NCBI GenBank assembly: GCA_036630325.1 | Contig: CP142728.1 | Span: 1,054,001 to 1,118,000, forward strand | Length of the DNA stretch: 64,000 bases | Source: Vairimorpha necatrix | Taxonomy: Eukaryota | Reading direction: 5' to 3' | Part shown: positions 13,174 through 25,564 of the stretch, in pieces | Numbering within the stretch: the stretch's first letter is position 1 | How the letters are laid out: each line of letters starts with the position of its first letter | Program-made: the position numbers and the translations under genes | The notes under the pieces: generated by a model | Databases searched by the model: none | The model's input: only the letters and a program-made list of their open reading frames with translations | Told to the model about the DNA's origin: nothing

Positions 13174-13900
13174 TGTTGAAGATATATATCAATAAATTTA
13201 ACTCTTAACTTACAATTATCTTAAACATGGTATTGTATAAAATTATTGAACCCAAACAAAAAAAAAGAAGAGGTTGTAAGTTTCGTCGAGGCATTTGACG
13301 TACAAAAAATGCAGTATAGGTTAGAATGGGGATGGTTGGTTGTCTAACAGAAAAAAAGGCGATGGCTTGGACTAGTCGCCGGACCCGGACAGGTGAAGAT
13401 GTGGAGGTGCAAAGAAGAGCTATTAAGAAACAGTATTGACTGTAATAAGATCTAGCATAAGAGACGTGCAGATGTATGGAGTGGTACATTATACCATTAA
13501 CATTTAAGCTATCGTAGCTAGTAGCCGAATCCCTAGTGTTCAAAAAATTTAAAAGAAACTTTGTGTCGTTGAAAAATGAGATAGGCGGATAAAATCCGGT
13601 TTCATTGTTGGGGAGACATGTGCAAAGATAGTCCACATGCCCATAGACTATTAGTGTTTTAACAGGGAAAGAAGTGCCGTAAAGACTAATACAAGAAGGG
13701 ATAGTAAGACGCGAAAGAGTAAAGCGCAGCCCATGGTCAATTAACTAAAAAAAATGCATTTTTATTTTGAAAGCCATGTAGTAGGCGTAGGAAGTGTAAG
13801 TAATTGCATCACTCAGTTCTAAATTTATCGCGGGGATGCTGAAGATATATATATATATATATCAATAAATGTATCCTTTAACTTACAATTATCTTTAACA
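13174..13900 (+). mobile_element. TRIM-like miniature LTR retroelement
   Basis: Direct repeats TG..CA at 13174-13227 and 13837-13900, TGG (PBS-like) immediately after the left repeat, GCGGGGA (PPT-like) before the right repeat, 5-bp TSD ATATC (13169-13173, 13901-13905). Confidence 0.8.
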
Positions 13901-15453
13901 ATATCTATATCAAATGTTTCTTATAATCAAAATAACTTAACTATCTACACAGAGCGGCTACTTTGTCGTGGTGTAGATTTTTTTACCAATAAAAATATTA
14001 TAAAAACGGGTATTTCTGTAAAAAAATTTGAATGCTGAATAAATTTTTCTTGAATGATAGCTTGAATAACGATTTTCAAACTATGTTTCTAAAATCAATA
14101 TAAGTGTTTGAGAGGCTTTTATGCTTGTTGGTGCACATCAGATATAATTTTTAATAAAGCGTCACTTACAATAGCAATAAAATTTTTATGTAGTGTTTTG
14201 TTTTTAATGCCAAAAAATAGAGCATGCAGAGAAAGAATGAAAACCACAAAGATGTATGTTTTTATAGAGAAATTTTATAAATTTAGTGAAGTTTGTAGAA
14301 AAAAGTAAATGCAATTTTTTTATGTCGATATAACAACTGAAAATTAAATATGCTTCAGTATTGAGCTAAATTTAGAAAGCTTTAATTCCTGAGGAAGAAT
14401 TATACTCACCACAAAGACAGCTTTATATTTTTTTTGTGCAAATCCTTTTTGCCATCGTTTTATATAACATATTTATAAATATTACTTACAATGCACAAAT
14501 TACTAAAATATAATCAACGTAAAGATCTATAAAAATTATCAAGTAGTGCCACAAATAAGTTATATAGTATTTTATTCATCATACTAGTGATAATATTCTT
14601 GAAGATGTATAACTACAAATGCCTTAAAATTAAAAAAATAGAAGTAAGAATGCAAAGATTTTAAAATTAACATTTGTATAGTCTTTTTATTAAATCAATA
14701 ACGTCTTTTACAAATTAAAATTGGCAAAAGTTTTATTTTATAAGTCAACTCATAAATAAATTAGTTTAATTTCTGGCAGTAAGATGTTTAAATTTTAATT
14801 TTGCATATGTTTATTCTATAAATTGTAAATTTATAAAATTGGCAAAAAAAAAATTTTCCACAATGATTCTCAATGGGAGAAAAATTTTTTTTACAAATTT
14901 ATAGTTATATTAAAATTTGCAGTTAGAAAGAAAATCTATAAACCATAATTAAATTTTTTTTGAAAAAAGTGAAAATAGTTCATTGGCATAGAATAAAATA
15001 TAAAAGATATCTAATTAATAAATATATTATAAATTGTAGGTTTTTGTTTTCTTGATGAATATAAATTATAGCTTTTACAATGAATTAATTAACCTAGTTT
15101 ATAGACAGATAAGAAAATTAATCTTTCTTTAACGAGTAAAGTAAGGGAGAATTATATGGAAAAAAAAAATTAAAAACTAAGCAACTAGATTCAAAGGAAG
15201 TTACTATTAAATCGTTTACATTTGTATGAGTGCATTGTAAAATGCTTTCTAAAAATTGGAATAAAATAATTGGCTCTAATTGCAACAATCAATGGAACTA
15301 CTAGAATAAAAAATTTAATAAACTATTGTTTTTGAAGTAGTTGCGTTAATAAAAACGTACAAAAAGATGCATTATCTTCAACTTATAATTTATTTATTTA
15401 TATGAGAGATATCTTTAATTGTTTATAGCCCTAAACAATACCAATAACCCTTT

Positions 15454-16359
15454 ATGTACAAAAAATGTATAAACAAGATTCTTTCTTTAACTCTTTTAAC
15501 TACTAATGAAATTCAAGAAATTTGTGAAAAGGCGATAGAAGTTCTTATTAAAGAATCAAATTTGCCAAATGTACAAAGTCCAGTTCTTGTTTGTGGTGAC
15601 ATACATGGTCAAATTTACGATCTAGTAGAAGTATTTAAAATGGAAGGAGATCCGAGTAAACAAAAGTTCATTTTCCTTGGTAATTACGTAGACAGAGGAG
15701 AAAACTCAACTGAATGCATTTTTCTTCTATTAATTTATAAAATTTTATATCCAGAAAATATTTATCTTATTAGAGGAAATCACGAACAGAAAACTGTCTC
15801 AAAAAGTTATGGGTTGTATGACGAAATATTAAAAAAGTACGATGTTTATATTTGGAGACTTCTCTGTGAAGTATTTAGTTTTTTTAATGTTGGTTGTATT
15901 GTTGATGGTAGAATATTCTGCGTCCACGGAGGAATTAGTCCTAAGACGATGTCAGTTAATAAATTAAAACGAATTGACAGGTTTGTGCTTGACACTTCAG
16001 ATATTTACGAAGATATTCTTTGCAGTGATCCACACGACGAAGAAGGCTTTAAAAGTAACAAACAAGGTATAGGCAGTTTATATGGGGCAGATGTAGCAAA
16101 TAGTTTTTTAGAATGTAATGATTTGACGAATATTATAAGAAGTCATCAATTTGCTTTTGAAGGTTATAAATTTCATTTTCCCAATAGAAATGCAGTGACT
16201 GTCTGGGGAGCTCCAGATTTTTTAGGGAAATTTGGAAATCCGGGGAGTTTTATGAGAGTCAAAGAAGATTTGGTCATTTCAACTCGAAGATTGTGCATTT
16301 ACAATTACGCAACTCGGAGTGTAGCAAGCCTTGAAGCGCTTTATGATGAGAAATATTAA
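15454..16359 (+). CDS. PPP-family Ser/Thr phosphatase catalytic subunit (PP2A/PP4/PP6-like), divergent
   Basis: GDIHGQ, GNYVDRG, RGNHE, HGG, RSHQ motifs. CCC before ATG. Confidence 0.92.
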   Translation: MYKKCINKILSLTLLTTNEIQEICEKAIEVLIKESNLPNVQSPVLVCGDIHGQIYDLVEVFKMEGDPSKQKFIFLGNYVDRGENSTECIFLLLIYKILYPENIYLIRGNHEQKTVSKSYGLYDEILKKYDVYIWRLLCEVFSFFNVGCIVDGRIFCVHGGISPKTMSVNKLKRIDRFVLDTSDIYEDILCSDPHDEEGFKSNKQGIGSLYGADVANSFLECNDLTNIIRSHQFAFEGYKFHFPNRNAVTVWGAPDFLGKFGNPGSFMRVKEDLVISTRRLCIYNYATRSVASLEALYDEKY

Positions 16360-16440
16360 AGATTTTACAAAAAAATCCACTTTTTCTAAATTTATAAAAA
16401 AAATTAAAATTTTTTTTATAGTTCGTTTACTTTACAAATT

Positions 16441-18423
16441 TTATTTCTTTGCTTTTTTATTTTTCCCAAGGCTTTTTCTTTCATTCGTCTCCATGTAAGC
16501 CATTCCGTCAATACCAGTAGAGCCTTTTAATAACCCAGAATACACACCTACATCTTCTTTGTCTTCTTCGTTCTCTTCACTCTCTAATTCTTTATCTGAT
16601 GATAAAAGAACTGATACTAATAATTCTTTTTGTTGCGATCTCGTCTTGTAGACTCTTTTTTCATTTTTTTGTATGTCGTTTATTTCAGTCAAGATATTGA
16701 AGGAATAGCCTTGGTCTACTAGAAATTGCTGCCTTTTTGAGGAATAGAACATTTCATCTGTGTCTTTGCTAACCAAAGAATAGAAAAACACTTTAAAATC
16801 CGGATCATTTCTCCTTTTTGCACGGAGAATACGCCCAAGTCTTTGCGCTTCTTGTCTTCTTGATCCAAAATGAGAAGATATTTGGATAAGACAAGTGGCT
16901 TCTGGTAAATCAATTGACGTATCTCCGACTTTACTAAGGAATATTGTGTTTATTAAAGGATTTGTTTGAAATTGTTTTAGAATTCTCATTCTTTCTGTTT
17001 GTCCAGTAGGCCCGTAAATGTACGGCTTACCAAGTTTCAGGGCGTATGATTTCAAAGCTGCGACGCTGTCAGAAAAGACGATAATTTTGTCGCCTTTGGC
17101 TTCGTGCATATTAATTAAATATTCACAGACTTGGAATTTAGTAGGATTCATAATCGACAAAAGTCTTTTCTTTCGACTATTTTGTATAAGATATTCTCTA
17201 TAAAAATCTCCTGTCATTCCACACCAAACTTCGAAACATTCTACTTTTGCTATATGGCCTCTTGCGCTTAAATCTTGCCAATCCGCCTCGTAGAGTTTTG
17301 GGCCGATGAGGAAATTTAAGTCTTCGATTTTGTCGTCTTCCCTGACCAAAGTGGCAGTTAGGCCCAATTTACAATGATGAGTCACGAGTGATATAACTTT
17401 TCTAAACATCATAGCAGGGACTACATGTACTTCGTCCAGGAGAAGAAGGCCCCATTCAGTATTTTGAATATTGTCCATGATCTTTTGCGCCTCTGCTGAT
17501 CTTTTCCCGTTATATGCCAACATGGTGTAAGTAGTAATTAATATTCCACTTTTTTTTGTAAACCATTCCTTGTGGTCTGACGTGAATCTACAAATACTCT
17601 CGCCGTTTATATTAGTAAAAAACATATTCTGCTGCTTCCACTGTTCTACAGAGACAGCAGATGTACACAAAATTAGACATGATTTTTTTATAGTAGTCAG
17701 CGCAGTTATTCCTACGAGTGTTTTACCAGAGCCACAGGGCAAAACAATAATTCCTGATCTAGCTCTTCCATTACAAAACATTTTATTTAGACATGTTTCC
17801 TGGTAAGATCTAATAATAGTAGAAGGCTTCAAATCTATTTCTAAATTTTCTAAAGTGTCATCATTTCTAAAATCGTATTCTTCAATTAATGGATAGTCAA
17901 TTTCTATACATCTCTTTTTTATTAATTCTACGTTTGTAACTTCCACATTATCTTCACTAATAGTCAAATTATTTCTAATAACTTGGTCATTTAAAAGTTT
18001 ATTCAAGATTTCTTTATTAGAAGCTTCTATAAAATATTTACTAAATCGTATTAATAGTTTAATTTTCCCGTAACTTAACGTACATTCAATAATAAAATTT
18101 TTTACAGATCTGGGCATAAAATTTTTTGAAAAATGTGATAAAGTTGTCAAAATATCGTCAGTAGATAAACCGACACTTACAGCGGCATATAAAGAATATG
18201 AAGTTAATTGATATTCATGAATATATTTCGGCCTGCTTACTGGCTCCGCGATCGCGATTAAAAAATGACTAGCCTGAGTTGAATTGTTTTTAAAAGTTTC
18301 TAAGATTATCAATGCATCATAATTTATCCAAAGAGTGTGGTCTTGGTGATTTTCCTTTAAAATCAATTCTTCTGTAGGGAATTGATGCTTCTGAGCTTTT
18401 TTTGGCAGCAAGACATTATTCAT
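16441..18423 (-). CDS. SSL2: TFIIH helicase XPB (Ssl2/Rad25)
   Basis: [38 protein letters not shown]. Start placed at the ATG after CCCAAA (18423). Confidence 0.97.
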   Translation of the reverse strand: MNNVLLPKKAQKHQFPTEELILKENHQDHTLWINYDALIILETFKNNSTQASHFLIAIAEPVSRPKYIHEYQLTSYSLYAAVSVGLSTDDILTTLSHFSKNFMPRSVKNFIIECTLSYGKIKLLIRFSKYFIEASNKEILNKLLNDQVIRNNLTISEDNVEVTNVELIKKRCIEIDYPLIEEYDFRNDDTLENLEIDLKPSTIIRSYQETCLNKMFCNGRARSGIIVLPCGSGKTLVGITALTTIKKSCLILCTSAVSVEQWKQQNMFFTNINGESICRFTSDHKEWFTKKSGILITTYTMLAYNGKRSAEAQKIMDNIQNTEWGLLLLDEVHVVPAMMFRKVISLVTHHCKLGLTATLVREDDKIEDLNFLIGPKLYEADWQDLSARGHIAKVECFEVWCGMTGDFYREYLIQNSRKKRLLSIMNPTKFQVCEYLINMHEAKGDKIIVFSDSVAALKSYALKLGKPYIYGPTGQTERMRILKQFQTNPLINTIFLSKVGDTSIDLPEATCLIQISSHFGSRRQEAQRLGRILRAKRRNDPDFKVFFYSLVSKDTDEMFYSSKRQQFLVDQGYSFNILTEINDIQKNEKRVYKTRSQQKELLVSVLLSSDKELESEENEEDKEDVGVYSGLLKGSTGIDGMAYMETNERKSLGKNKKAKK

Positions 18424-18810
18424 TTTGGGTATAAAAAAAAAGAGATTAAATTTACCCAAACAAAATAAGCAATTTATTTAAATTTATGGTTTCTTAATAG
18501 GCAGTTTACAAAGATATTATGACTTTGTCCTGTTCTGAAAACACATCTTATAAATTTATGCCAAGTTTATGCGGAAAATTTTACTCTCCCCCGAAAAAAA
18601 CACAAAAAGAAAAAATCTTCATTATTTTATGATACATCAACAGGCAATAAAGTGTCATTTTATTCTGTTTTGTCTATAAAGAAAGTACTTATCTTTATCT
18701 TGTTTATAAATAACTCATAGGACTAAATAATATTTTCTTTTTGAGTATCTTTGAAGCCCCTAAATCAAATTATTTCTTTTTGATTTTTTTGTTTTTTTTT
18801 TATCCCCAAA

Positions 18811-19086
18811 ATGATAGACGGAATTTCAATTTATTCAGGAAGAGCAATCCCAAAAGGATCATCCACTGTAAGAATTACCAATGATGGTAAACAACAACTC
18901 ACTGCCAATAAAAAAGAGAGATCTCTCATTTCTAGAAAAATCAATCCTAAATTAGTAAAATGGACAATACCAAGTAGAGTAGTGAGAAAGAAACACGAAT
19001 TATTTACTTCATCACAGAAGAATATTCCCAGACCAGCTAGAATTGAAAGAGGATTTAGGAATATTAGTGCGGATTTACTTAAATAA
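18811..19086 (+). CDS. RPL24: 60S ribosomal protein eL24, C-terminally shortened
   Basis: [27 protein letters not shown] pattern. CCCCAAA before ATG. Confidence 0.85.
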
Positions 19087-20577
19087 ATTTTAATTTTATT
19101 ATAAAAAACAAATGTCTTGTAAATTCAAAGACAAACAAACACTAATTTAGTTTATAAATTTTTAATAGAATTTCTTGTGTCACATCTTATTTCATTTTAT
19201 TCTTACTAAAGAAAAAATTCACATTTTTCTGCTTATTTTATATTTAATTAGACTTTTAATTGTCTTTTTTTATTGCTTAACATGATCTTTCTAAATGTGA
19301 AAGTTTTGCGGAAGCTTTTTTATAGTTAAAAATTTTTAACTCTTTATATTCCCATTTACCATATGAAAAATATAAAAACATCTTGCTACAAAATGAAAAA
19401 GAGTATAATTATACTTACGAAAATGATAATATATCATACTCATAATACTTTATTATATTCCTTCTAAAAATTTCTTTGTCTATATATAAGCTTCTTTTGA
19501 ATGGTATAAGAATTTGAGATGCACTTATACAGGATGCCTTAATTTTTGAATTACAGTCTATACATTTTAATACATTTCCCCTGTGATATTATAGATCCTT
19601 AAATTAAATAGTTACAATTAGTTTAATGAAAATTCCATCCATATCGTGTGTTTTTGACAATGTTTTTTTAATAATTTTATTACATTAACAGATTTATACT
19701 ATCGATTTACTAAGTTACAATATTAGAACTAACATATATACAAGTTAAAATTTCTTATTCTTTAATGATATAACAATTGGATTGATATTACATTTGTCCG
19801 TTGTGCTGTTTTTAGCCTTTTCTTTGAATATAAATCTTAATCTAAAGTTATAAATGATACATTTTAACATATTTATTACCAATATAAATCAAATAGCAAC
19901 ATAATTTTGATTAAAAAATTTTACTTTTTTCATTTTTTAAATAAAACGTTCTGAAATTTCGCAGAGACTTAAAAGCCTAGTTTTCCTGACAAATTTTTAA
20001 AAGAAACAATTAATTTGTATGTGCAGTCCCCATCTACATTGGCTCTTAAATTTTATTGTATGAGATACCTATAATATTAAGTTTTAAATGATATATTTTA
20101 TATTTTTATTAGACTAATATGTGCATTTGCTTTGTTTTTATACATGAATCACAAGTAAAATTTGATCAGTAAAAAAAATAATTTAAGTAAAATTTTTATA
20201 TTGTAAGTTAATTGCATTGTAAAAAACATATTAAAACAACATTAAGTTAATGATATACACAGTAAATAAATAAACAGTCTTTTTTAAATTATTGGACTTT
20301 ATCACTATACCAATATATTTTAGATTCTAAGTAGCTAACGCCCAAAATAAAATACCCAGATGGCATACGCCTCGTAAGATACATTTATTTTTAGAAATAG
20401 ATGTTTATCTATTTATATTAAGCGCAAATTTATAAGAATCATTGAAAGCCAGCTCATAAAACGTGAAATTATAATTTTTAATTACATGTCAACAAATTAA
20501 TAATGCAAAAATGTAATGGGATGGCACAATAACAAATAAGACGGCAAATAAAAATGTAAAATTTTTATTGAATAAAT

Positions 20578-21465
20578 TTAATTACTAGCAAGGTTAGCAA
20601 TACTGTGAACAGGAAATCTAGCGCCATTTTTAAATTTTCTCAATACCGCACTGTATACAGGTTGTACTTTCATGGTACTAGTATTTAAAGCTACAATATA
20701 GTCTCTTTCTGTATTATTTCGTACATCCATATAAGTATTCATTGTATTCTTCGATTCATTTTCTGATTTATTGAAATTACTCAACTTAACAAATTTTTTA
20801 TTAAGTAACGTTTTAGTATTGTCAGATAAGGCATTTATAGTACCGCCCATTATTATTACCTTATTTTTAATAGCTTCAGTATTATTTATATCATACAAAA
20901 TTGATGAAAGCTCAAGAGAGTCAACCAAAGATTTAGTGCTGTAAAGATTTATATTAATAACTATAAATTCAATATCTTTCTTAATCATTTTAAACAACGC
21001 CCACGAAGCAAAAGCATTTTTAACTAACGTATCATTTGTTTTAAAAACTCCGGAATTGAGAACTCGTAATTCTTCAGTGTCGTATAAAATCGGGTCGAAT
21101 GTCGTGTTTCCATTGGTAGGACTAATAACTTTAGATGTTTCACCTTCAACAATGCCATAATGAGGCAGTATCCTACTCCTCAAATCTTTAAGTTGGTCTT
21201 CATCAACTTCCTGAAGGCACAATATTGGCACATGTGTGTTATCAATTAGCTTTATTAAATCATTAGTTTGTTCATTAGAATTAAAATGCGTTTTCTTTTC
21301 CATATTGTAAGTTATAATAGATATATCTCCAAAAGATTTAACATCCACAGTCTTGCTATGATCTTTTAAGAATCCTGAGATCTCTTTTTGTCCACTAAGT
21401 AGATTTGGATCATATTTCGAGATTATAAACGAGAAAGCATTGCCTATTAATAGTACTAATATCAT
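20578..21465 (-). CDS. Predicted secreted endonuclease/exonuclease/phosphatase (EEP)-fold protein with degenerate catalytic motifs
   Basis: Signal-peptide-like MILVLLIGNAFS; ITYNM, LCLQEV, PILYD, IVININL, IMGGTIN, RDYI motifs. Start reassigned to the ATG at 21465. Confidence 0.7.
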   Translation of the reverse strand: MILVLLIGNAFSFIISKYDPNLLSGQKEISGFLKDHSKTVDVKSFGDISIITYNMEKKTHFNSNEQTNDLIKLIDNTHVPILCLQEVDEDQLKDLRSRILPHYGIVEGETSKVISPTNGNTTFDPILYDTEELRVLNSGVFKTNDTLVKNAFASWALFKMIKKDIEFIVININLYSTKSLVDSLELSSILYDINNTEAIKNKVIIMGGTINALSDNTKTLLNKKFVKLSNFNKSENESKNTMNTYMDVRNNTERDYIVALNTSTMKVQPVYSAVLRKFKNGARFPVHSIANLASN

Positions 21466-21575
21466 TGTGAAACAATAATGCAAAAATTTATATATAAAAT
21501 GTGAAACGTAATGTAACAAACCAAAACAAGTTTCATAACTGACTAATATAATTACAAACTCATTTATTAAGTAAT

Positions 21576-22523
21576 ATGGATAATATAGAAAAAATATATT
21601 TTTTATTAAACGAATTATATGATAGAAGTATAGATAATAAAAATGATGCAAGTAATTTTTCCAATAGCAAAAACGAAAAGTCTCAGGATGAAGTGTTCGT
21701 CGACGAAAAAATAAATGAAATGAACAAGAATATTAACAAAGAGGTCGAAGCTAGTGATGATGAGATGAGTATTAACGAAAGTATTAATAATTTATTAATT
21801 AACGAGAAGGTTGAACCTGAAAAGAAAGAGAGGTATTGGAATAAAAAATATCTTCCGTATTCATATTACATTTCTAAAATAAGTTCTAATCCTAGACTCT
21901 ATTTATATAAAGCAGCCAAGGCAGAGTCATTAGAAATTTATAAAATATCACCAAAAAAACTTAGTACATTAATAACACAATTAGATATATTTCTATTGCA
22001 AAATATCAAACCAGCAGATCTTTTGACTTCTGAAATCACATACCTAAAAAACAAGAACACTGGATTAATCAATTACATTTATGAACTACTTAAAGATAAA
22101 AAATTTCACTCATATTTTCTTAAAGTATTAAAATATTTACTAAAGAAAGAGAATTACAATTCAGCTGATTGTATAAAGAAAGCTTTTTTACGGCATAAAC
22201 TTGAAAAGAAAATTTTAGACAAATTAGTTTTTTATAATATTAAAAATTATGAAAAAAATGTACATACAGACAGTAAAAAAGAGATACCGCTTTTTGATGT
22301 ATTAATAAAAGATTTAGAAGATGCGAAAAATAATAAAAACCACGATGAAGCTTCTATTCGTTTTTGTAATATAGTAGAAATGTTATTGGTACTTCAAAAT
22401 AAGAAGATTAAAATCAATAAGAAGAGAGAACATTTTTTACTGTATAAAATTTTTATCAATATGGATAATAAAGAAGTCAAACAAACAAAAGTTTGCGATG
22501 ATTACTTGTTTATATTTTTGTAA
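21576..22523 (+). CDS. RasGEF (Cdc25)-like domain protein
   Basis: LSTLITQLDIFLLQNIKPADLL, FLKVLKYL..ENYNSA, IPLFDVLIKDL resemble RasGEF conserved regions. Confidence 0.6.
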   Translation: MDNIEKIYFLLNELYDRSIDNKNDASNFSNSKNEKSQDEVFVDEKINEMNKNINKEVEASDDEMSINESINNLLINEKVEPEKKERYWNKKYLPYSYYISKISSNPRLYLYKAAKAESLEIYKISPKKLSTLITQLDIFLLQNIKPADLLTSEITYLKNKNTGLINYIYELLKDKKFHSYFLKVLKYLLKKENYNSADCIKKAFLRHKLEKKILDKLVFYNIKNYEKNVHTDSKKEIPLFDVLIKDLEDAKNNKNHDEASIRFCNIVEMLLVLQNKKIKINKKREHFLLYKIFINMDNKEVKQTKVCDDYLFIFL

Positions 22524-23515
22524 TATCAAATAAAAATATTAAAGGTTGATTTTTTATTTTTTTTGTCATAATTTTTTTAAAAAAAACTAGAATCCAAAAA
22601 ATAGATCTTTCCTCTAGTTTCTTAAGAAGAATAAAAGTTATTAGTTTTTCATTAGTCTAAAAAACTTAAAAAATTGCAAAATCAAAGATCTTTTTACATT
22701 ACATTTTAAAATGAAAGACATAATATATCTAATAAGTAAAACAAAGCCACAATTATATTTTGATACATTAAAAAACAGGGTCTTTTCTTTTGATTATATT
22801 CTATAATATAACATCTCATTTTTATATAAATTAAATTCAGTATTATGTAAAATATTAAAATTTTTATTTAACATGCATTTTTTTCAGAATCCTTTTGAAA
22901 TTTAAATTAGGGGCAATCCCATTAAATACTTTGTTTGGGTAGAATAGTTTTTTTTCCATTAGTTCATATTACAACCTTTTTTTTCGTAATACCTTTTAAA
23001 TAGTCTAAGTTGTCATAATATTTAAAAACTGAACAAAAAAATTAAGAAGTAATAAAAGACACATTAATTCAAAACCTTTGTATTAAGTTCTATAAAATGT
23101 TCGAATAATCGGTTATAATAATCATTAGGCAAATATTATAAAATTATGTTTTATTACTTGTCTAATTTTACATATAACAACAGTAAATACAGTAAGACAT
23201 TCATAGTTTGTTTTTAATGTGTCAATTTTGAAATGTTTGTTATAAAAATTATAATGTCGAAAAAAACATTTTAAAAATAAATTAGAGATAAACTACACGT
23301 ATAAGAAGCAATAAAAGCATAAAATATGGCTTTAAAGCTTAACATTGCCACAGTAATAAAAAATTGTAGAAGCAAATTCCATAAGTGACCCCGTTTTACG
23401 TATGTAAACATCTAAAGTCAAGATAAATATAATTAAAAAAATTACACAGGAGCGTTACAAATTCTATTCAATTTATTTAAACACAAACCAAATCTAAATA
23501 ATATTTTTCACCCCA

Positions 23516-24082
23516 ATGCCAGTTTTAATTTTTTTAAATGATACCAAACATTTGCTTCCTCAATTAACTTCTTCTCTTTCCTCTTTTGATATAGAAATTC
23601 ATAAAGATAATTTCCTTTCTACTAGAAGTTTATTGTCTAACATGTCTTCCACTAAGCTTTACATTCTTCTCAATTGTGATCTGAAACCCCACAGATATGA
23701 AATTTATTGTCTTGCTAAAAAGCAGGAGTCTGCCTATTGTATTTTGTCCACTGAGCCGCTTAGCGGAGCCAAACATGACAATCCTCATATTCTCATAAAT
23801 AGTGAAATTTTAAATGAGCCGTTATTAAATGAAATAATGACATGTCTCAATAGAAAGTTGGTACCGACCACGGCACACAAAAAGAAAATTGTCAATGACA
23901 ATAATTATCTCTCTTCTGTCAAAGTTCTTATTAATAAAGTTAATGACGAATGTACTGGGACATTAAAAACAGTAAAGAAAGACTGCGAGCACAAATTATT
24001 GAAAATGTTAAATATCAATCCAATTGATATTAAAGAAATAGAGGAATTATATAAAAAGATGCTTGAAGAAGCGTCTTGTTAA
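23516..24082 (+). CDS. KTI12: Kti12-like Elongator cofactor, reduced
   Basis: MPVLIF start, HRYEIYCLAK..AYCIL, HDNPH, PTTAH match the Kti12 pattern. CCCC before ATG. Confidence 0.7.
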   Translation: MPVLIFLNDTKHLLPQLTSSLSSFDIEIHKDNFLSTRSLLSNMSSTKLYILLNCDLKPHRYEIYCLAKKQESAYCILSTEPLSGAKHDNPHILINSEILNEPLLNEIMTCLNRKLVPTTAHKKKIVNDNNYLSSVKVLINKVNDECTGTLKTVKKDCEHKLLKMLNINPIDIKEIEELYKKMLEEASC

Positions 24083-24448
24083 ATTAAAATAAATATTTTA
24101 AAATACGACTGTTTTATAAATTTTAAAAATATAGCCTCTATTTTTAAGGGGACTTCCCCTTTCCCCATTATTTAAAGTTATCAAATGTTAATTAAAATTA
24201 ATTGTAAAAAGGGACAGGCTCTCCTTAAAAAATGAACAGTAGCAAAAAACAACAAAATCTCGTTATTAATAAAATTAACTTAATTTAAAAATGATATCTG
24301 ACAATATATCTAAATTAACCAAATCAAAAAATAATAAAATTTAATTCATTAAAAATGTTATGCATTTAAATATTGAAAAAGTCAAGTGAATTAAAATCTT
24401 TGGCTTAATTTAATCAAATTTAAAATTTTTATTTTATCACCCTTTAAA

Positions 24449-25564
24449 ATGATATACATTTTACGGAATAATGTTTTACAGCTGATGAATGTCAACAGAC
24501 TCGGTCTATTAATTTTATACATGATTTATTATTTGCTAAAAACTGGTAAAAGGCATTTTCTACAATACCATAAAAGTAAAGAAAATTATATTAAAAAAAT
24601 GAAATGTTTACATCAACAATACAAGACAAATTTTATTACAAGTTTTGGGGTTTTACAATCTTATTTACAACTTTATAGGATAGTTCAGCCTATAAAAAGG
24701 AAAAGTTATCGGCTTAAAGTTCCGTATGATGGAGAAATTGTACTTGATGTGTGCGAAAACACGAATGATTTAAAAAAGAATGTTTTACTAATTCATGGGT
24801 TTAATGGGTCAAGTAATTCTAAATATATCATTGGCCTATCTCATCATTTTGAAAATGAAGGCTATAAAATATTCTGTTTCAATGCCAGAGGTACTAAGGA
24901 AATTTTAAACAATTCGATATTTTTTCATATTGGCTGGACTTTGGATTTGACCGTGGCTATAGAATTTATTTTACATAATTTTAGTGGTTCCTTGGAAATC
25001 TACGGATTTAGTATGGGAGCCAATTGGGTCACGAAATATTTAGGCAAAGAAAACCTAAATCCACGAATTATCAAAGGCGGAGCAATTTGTCTTCCTTTCG
25101 ATTTTTACGAAATCGAAAAATGGATGAAAAATGAAAAATGGGTATATAAAAAAAGACTTTTTAACAGGCTCTTGGCCTACAATTTTTGTAAATATATCAG
25201 GCGCAACAAAGAGACATTTAAAAATGCAGCGAATTTAGATTTAATTTTTAAGTGTAAATCATTAAGAGAAATTGATAAATTATTAACAAAAAAAATTTTC
25301 AATATAAAAAATTTATCAAAATATTATAAAAAAGAGTCAGCAGTGAAACATTTAAAAAATATTAAAGTACCATTTTTAATATTAAATTCTAGTGATGATC
25401 CTATAATTCCAGAGTTTATTATTAATAAAAAAGAATGTCAAAAAAATAAAAATATTTTATTGATTATAAATCCATGGGGAGGACATTTAGGATTTCTTAA
25501 GAATAATTTGAGACAATCACTGGCTGATGAAATAATTTTAGAATTTAGTAAATATTTTAATTAA
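24449..25564 (+). CDS. Alpha/beta hydrolase (ABHD1-3/Eht1/YheT family)
   Basis: IHGFNGSS, GFSMGAN nucleophile elbow, SDDPII, GGHLGF. Confidence 0.9.
   Translation: MIYILRNNVLQLMNVNRLGLLILYMIYYLLKTGKRHFLQYHKSKENYIKKMKCLHQQYKTNFITSFGVLQSYLQLYRIVQPIKRKSYRLKVPYDGEIVLDVCENTNDLKKNVLLIHGFNGSSNSKYIIGLSHHFENEGYKIFCFNARGTKEILNNSIFFHIGWTLDLTVAIEFILHNFSGSLEIYGFSMGANWVTKYLGKENLNPRIIKGGAICLPFDFYEIEKWMKNEKWVYKKRLFNRLLAYNFCKYIRRNKETFKNAANLDLIFKCKSLREIDKLLTKKIFNIKNLSKYYKKESAVKHLKNIKVPFLILNSSDDPIIPEFIINKKECQKNKNILLIINPWGGHLGFLKNNLRQSLADEIILEFSKYFN

Noticed and set aside
13205-13636. 143-aa minus-strand ORF
   Set aside because: Antisense within the TRIM-like element, non-ATG start, no recognisable domain.
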